From the NCBI GenBank assembly GCA_029262755.1, contig JAJCYU010000001.1, positions 1 through 15,541 on the forward strand: a stretch of DNA of 15,541 nt. Reading direction: 5' to 3'. Source of the DNA: Anaerolineae bacterium (GTDB lineage Bacteria > Chloroflexota > Anaerolineae > Epilineales > Epilineaceae). The translations under genes were made by a program, and so were the position numbers. Numbering within the stretch: position 1 is the first letter of the stretch; every line of letters starts with the position of its first letter. Shown here piece by piece: positions 14,992 through 15,541 of this stretch. The notes below the pieces were generated by a model. The model was not told the origin of the DNA, did no database searches, and saw nothing but the letters and a program-made list of their open reading frames with translations.

Positions 14992-15541
14992 ATGGCGATC
15001 CAATGGCGAAACTCGCTCGGCAGCGCGGTGGCAGGTGCCTTGATCGTCAGCGCAGGCATCAGCCACGTACGTGCGGAGTCATCGGCCCAGCCGGGCGCCG
15101 GATGGCGGATATCCCAGCTTGCGGGCGCATCCGAAGGTACGACCGGTGCGCGCTGGGCCGCGATTTCCGGCTCCGGCGACGTCGTGGCGCTCACGCACGA
15201 CGGCGATCTCGAGCCGGGCGCACCGGCCAACCCGGGCGGACGTCCCAACGCGTTCCGGTTGCCCAACGGCGGGGCATGGCGCCAGCTCTCCGACACGCGC
15301 GCGGCCCCGGGGGGCGCGGCCGAGCTCGATCATACGACGATCGACGCGACCGGCGACGCCGTCGCGTTTCGTTCCCGCGCCGACCTGGTCGGAGCGAACG
15401 CCGACCGCTCCGCCGAGGTCTTCACGTGGCGTGAAGCCGGCGGCCTCGCGCAACACTCGCGCGCATCGGGCGCTTCGGCCGAAGCGCCGGTGATCGGTCG
15501 AGACGGACGGTGGCTCGCGTTCTGGCATTCCGGGGACCTGA
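14992..15541 (+). CDS. Secreted TolB-like / PD40 beta-propeller protein, 5' part only (runs off the window; absent from the ORF track)
   Basis: AAAGGAG RBS precedes ATG 14992 and the frame stays open for 183 codons. The N-terminus MAIQWRNSLGSAVAGALIVSAGISHVRA|E is signal-peptide-like. Repeats AISGSGDVVALTHDGDL, TIDATGDAVAFRSRADL..NADRSAEVF and VIGRDGRWLAFWHSGDL follow. Confidence 0.85.
   Translation, partial: MAIQWRNSLGSAVAGALIVSAGISHVRAESSAQPGAGWRISQLAGASEGTTGARWAAISGSGDVVALTHDGDLEPGAPANPGGRPNAFRLPNGGAWRQLSDTRAAPGGAAELDHTTIDATGDAVAFRSRADLVGANADRSAEVFTWREAGGLAQHSRASGASAEAPVIGRDGRWLAFWHSGDL

Overview
High-GC bacterial window, probably Chloroflexota (inferred from a C-terminal IYLPIAR motif on a secreted protease and a stand-alone SARP/BTAD regulator). 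The left part holds a non-coding ~94-bp tandem repeat, a small membrane-protein gene coupled to a peptidase E (S51) gene, a lipoprotein di-heme peroxidase of the bCcP/MauG superfamily, a divergent S8 subtilase and a membrane-anchored coiled-coil protein. The core is a minus-strand polyhydroxyalkanoate (PHA) cluster: SARP/BTAD regulator > phasin-like gene > Trp-rich repeat protein > phaE (with a Lys/Ala/Pro histone-like tail) > class III phaC > phaB > phaA. PhaA, PhaB and PhaC resemble the cyanobacterial type as recalled from memory. The window ends with a small hypothetical gene, a structured intergenic region containing an orphan terminator, and the 5' part of a secreted TolB-like beta-propeller gene. 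The best candidates for novelty are PhaE fused to a possible DNA-binding tail, a Trp-rich helical module shared by PhaE and its upstream neighbour, a SARP-type promoter layout ahead of the PHA genes, and a peroxidase with His at the position of MauG Tyr294. All homology statements come from motif recognition, not database searches.
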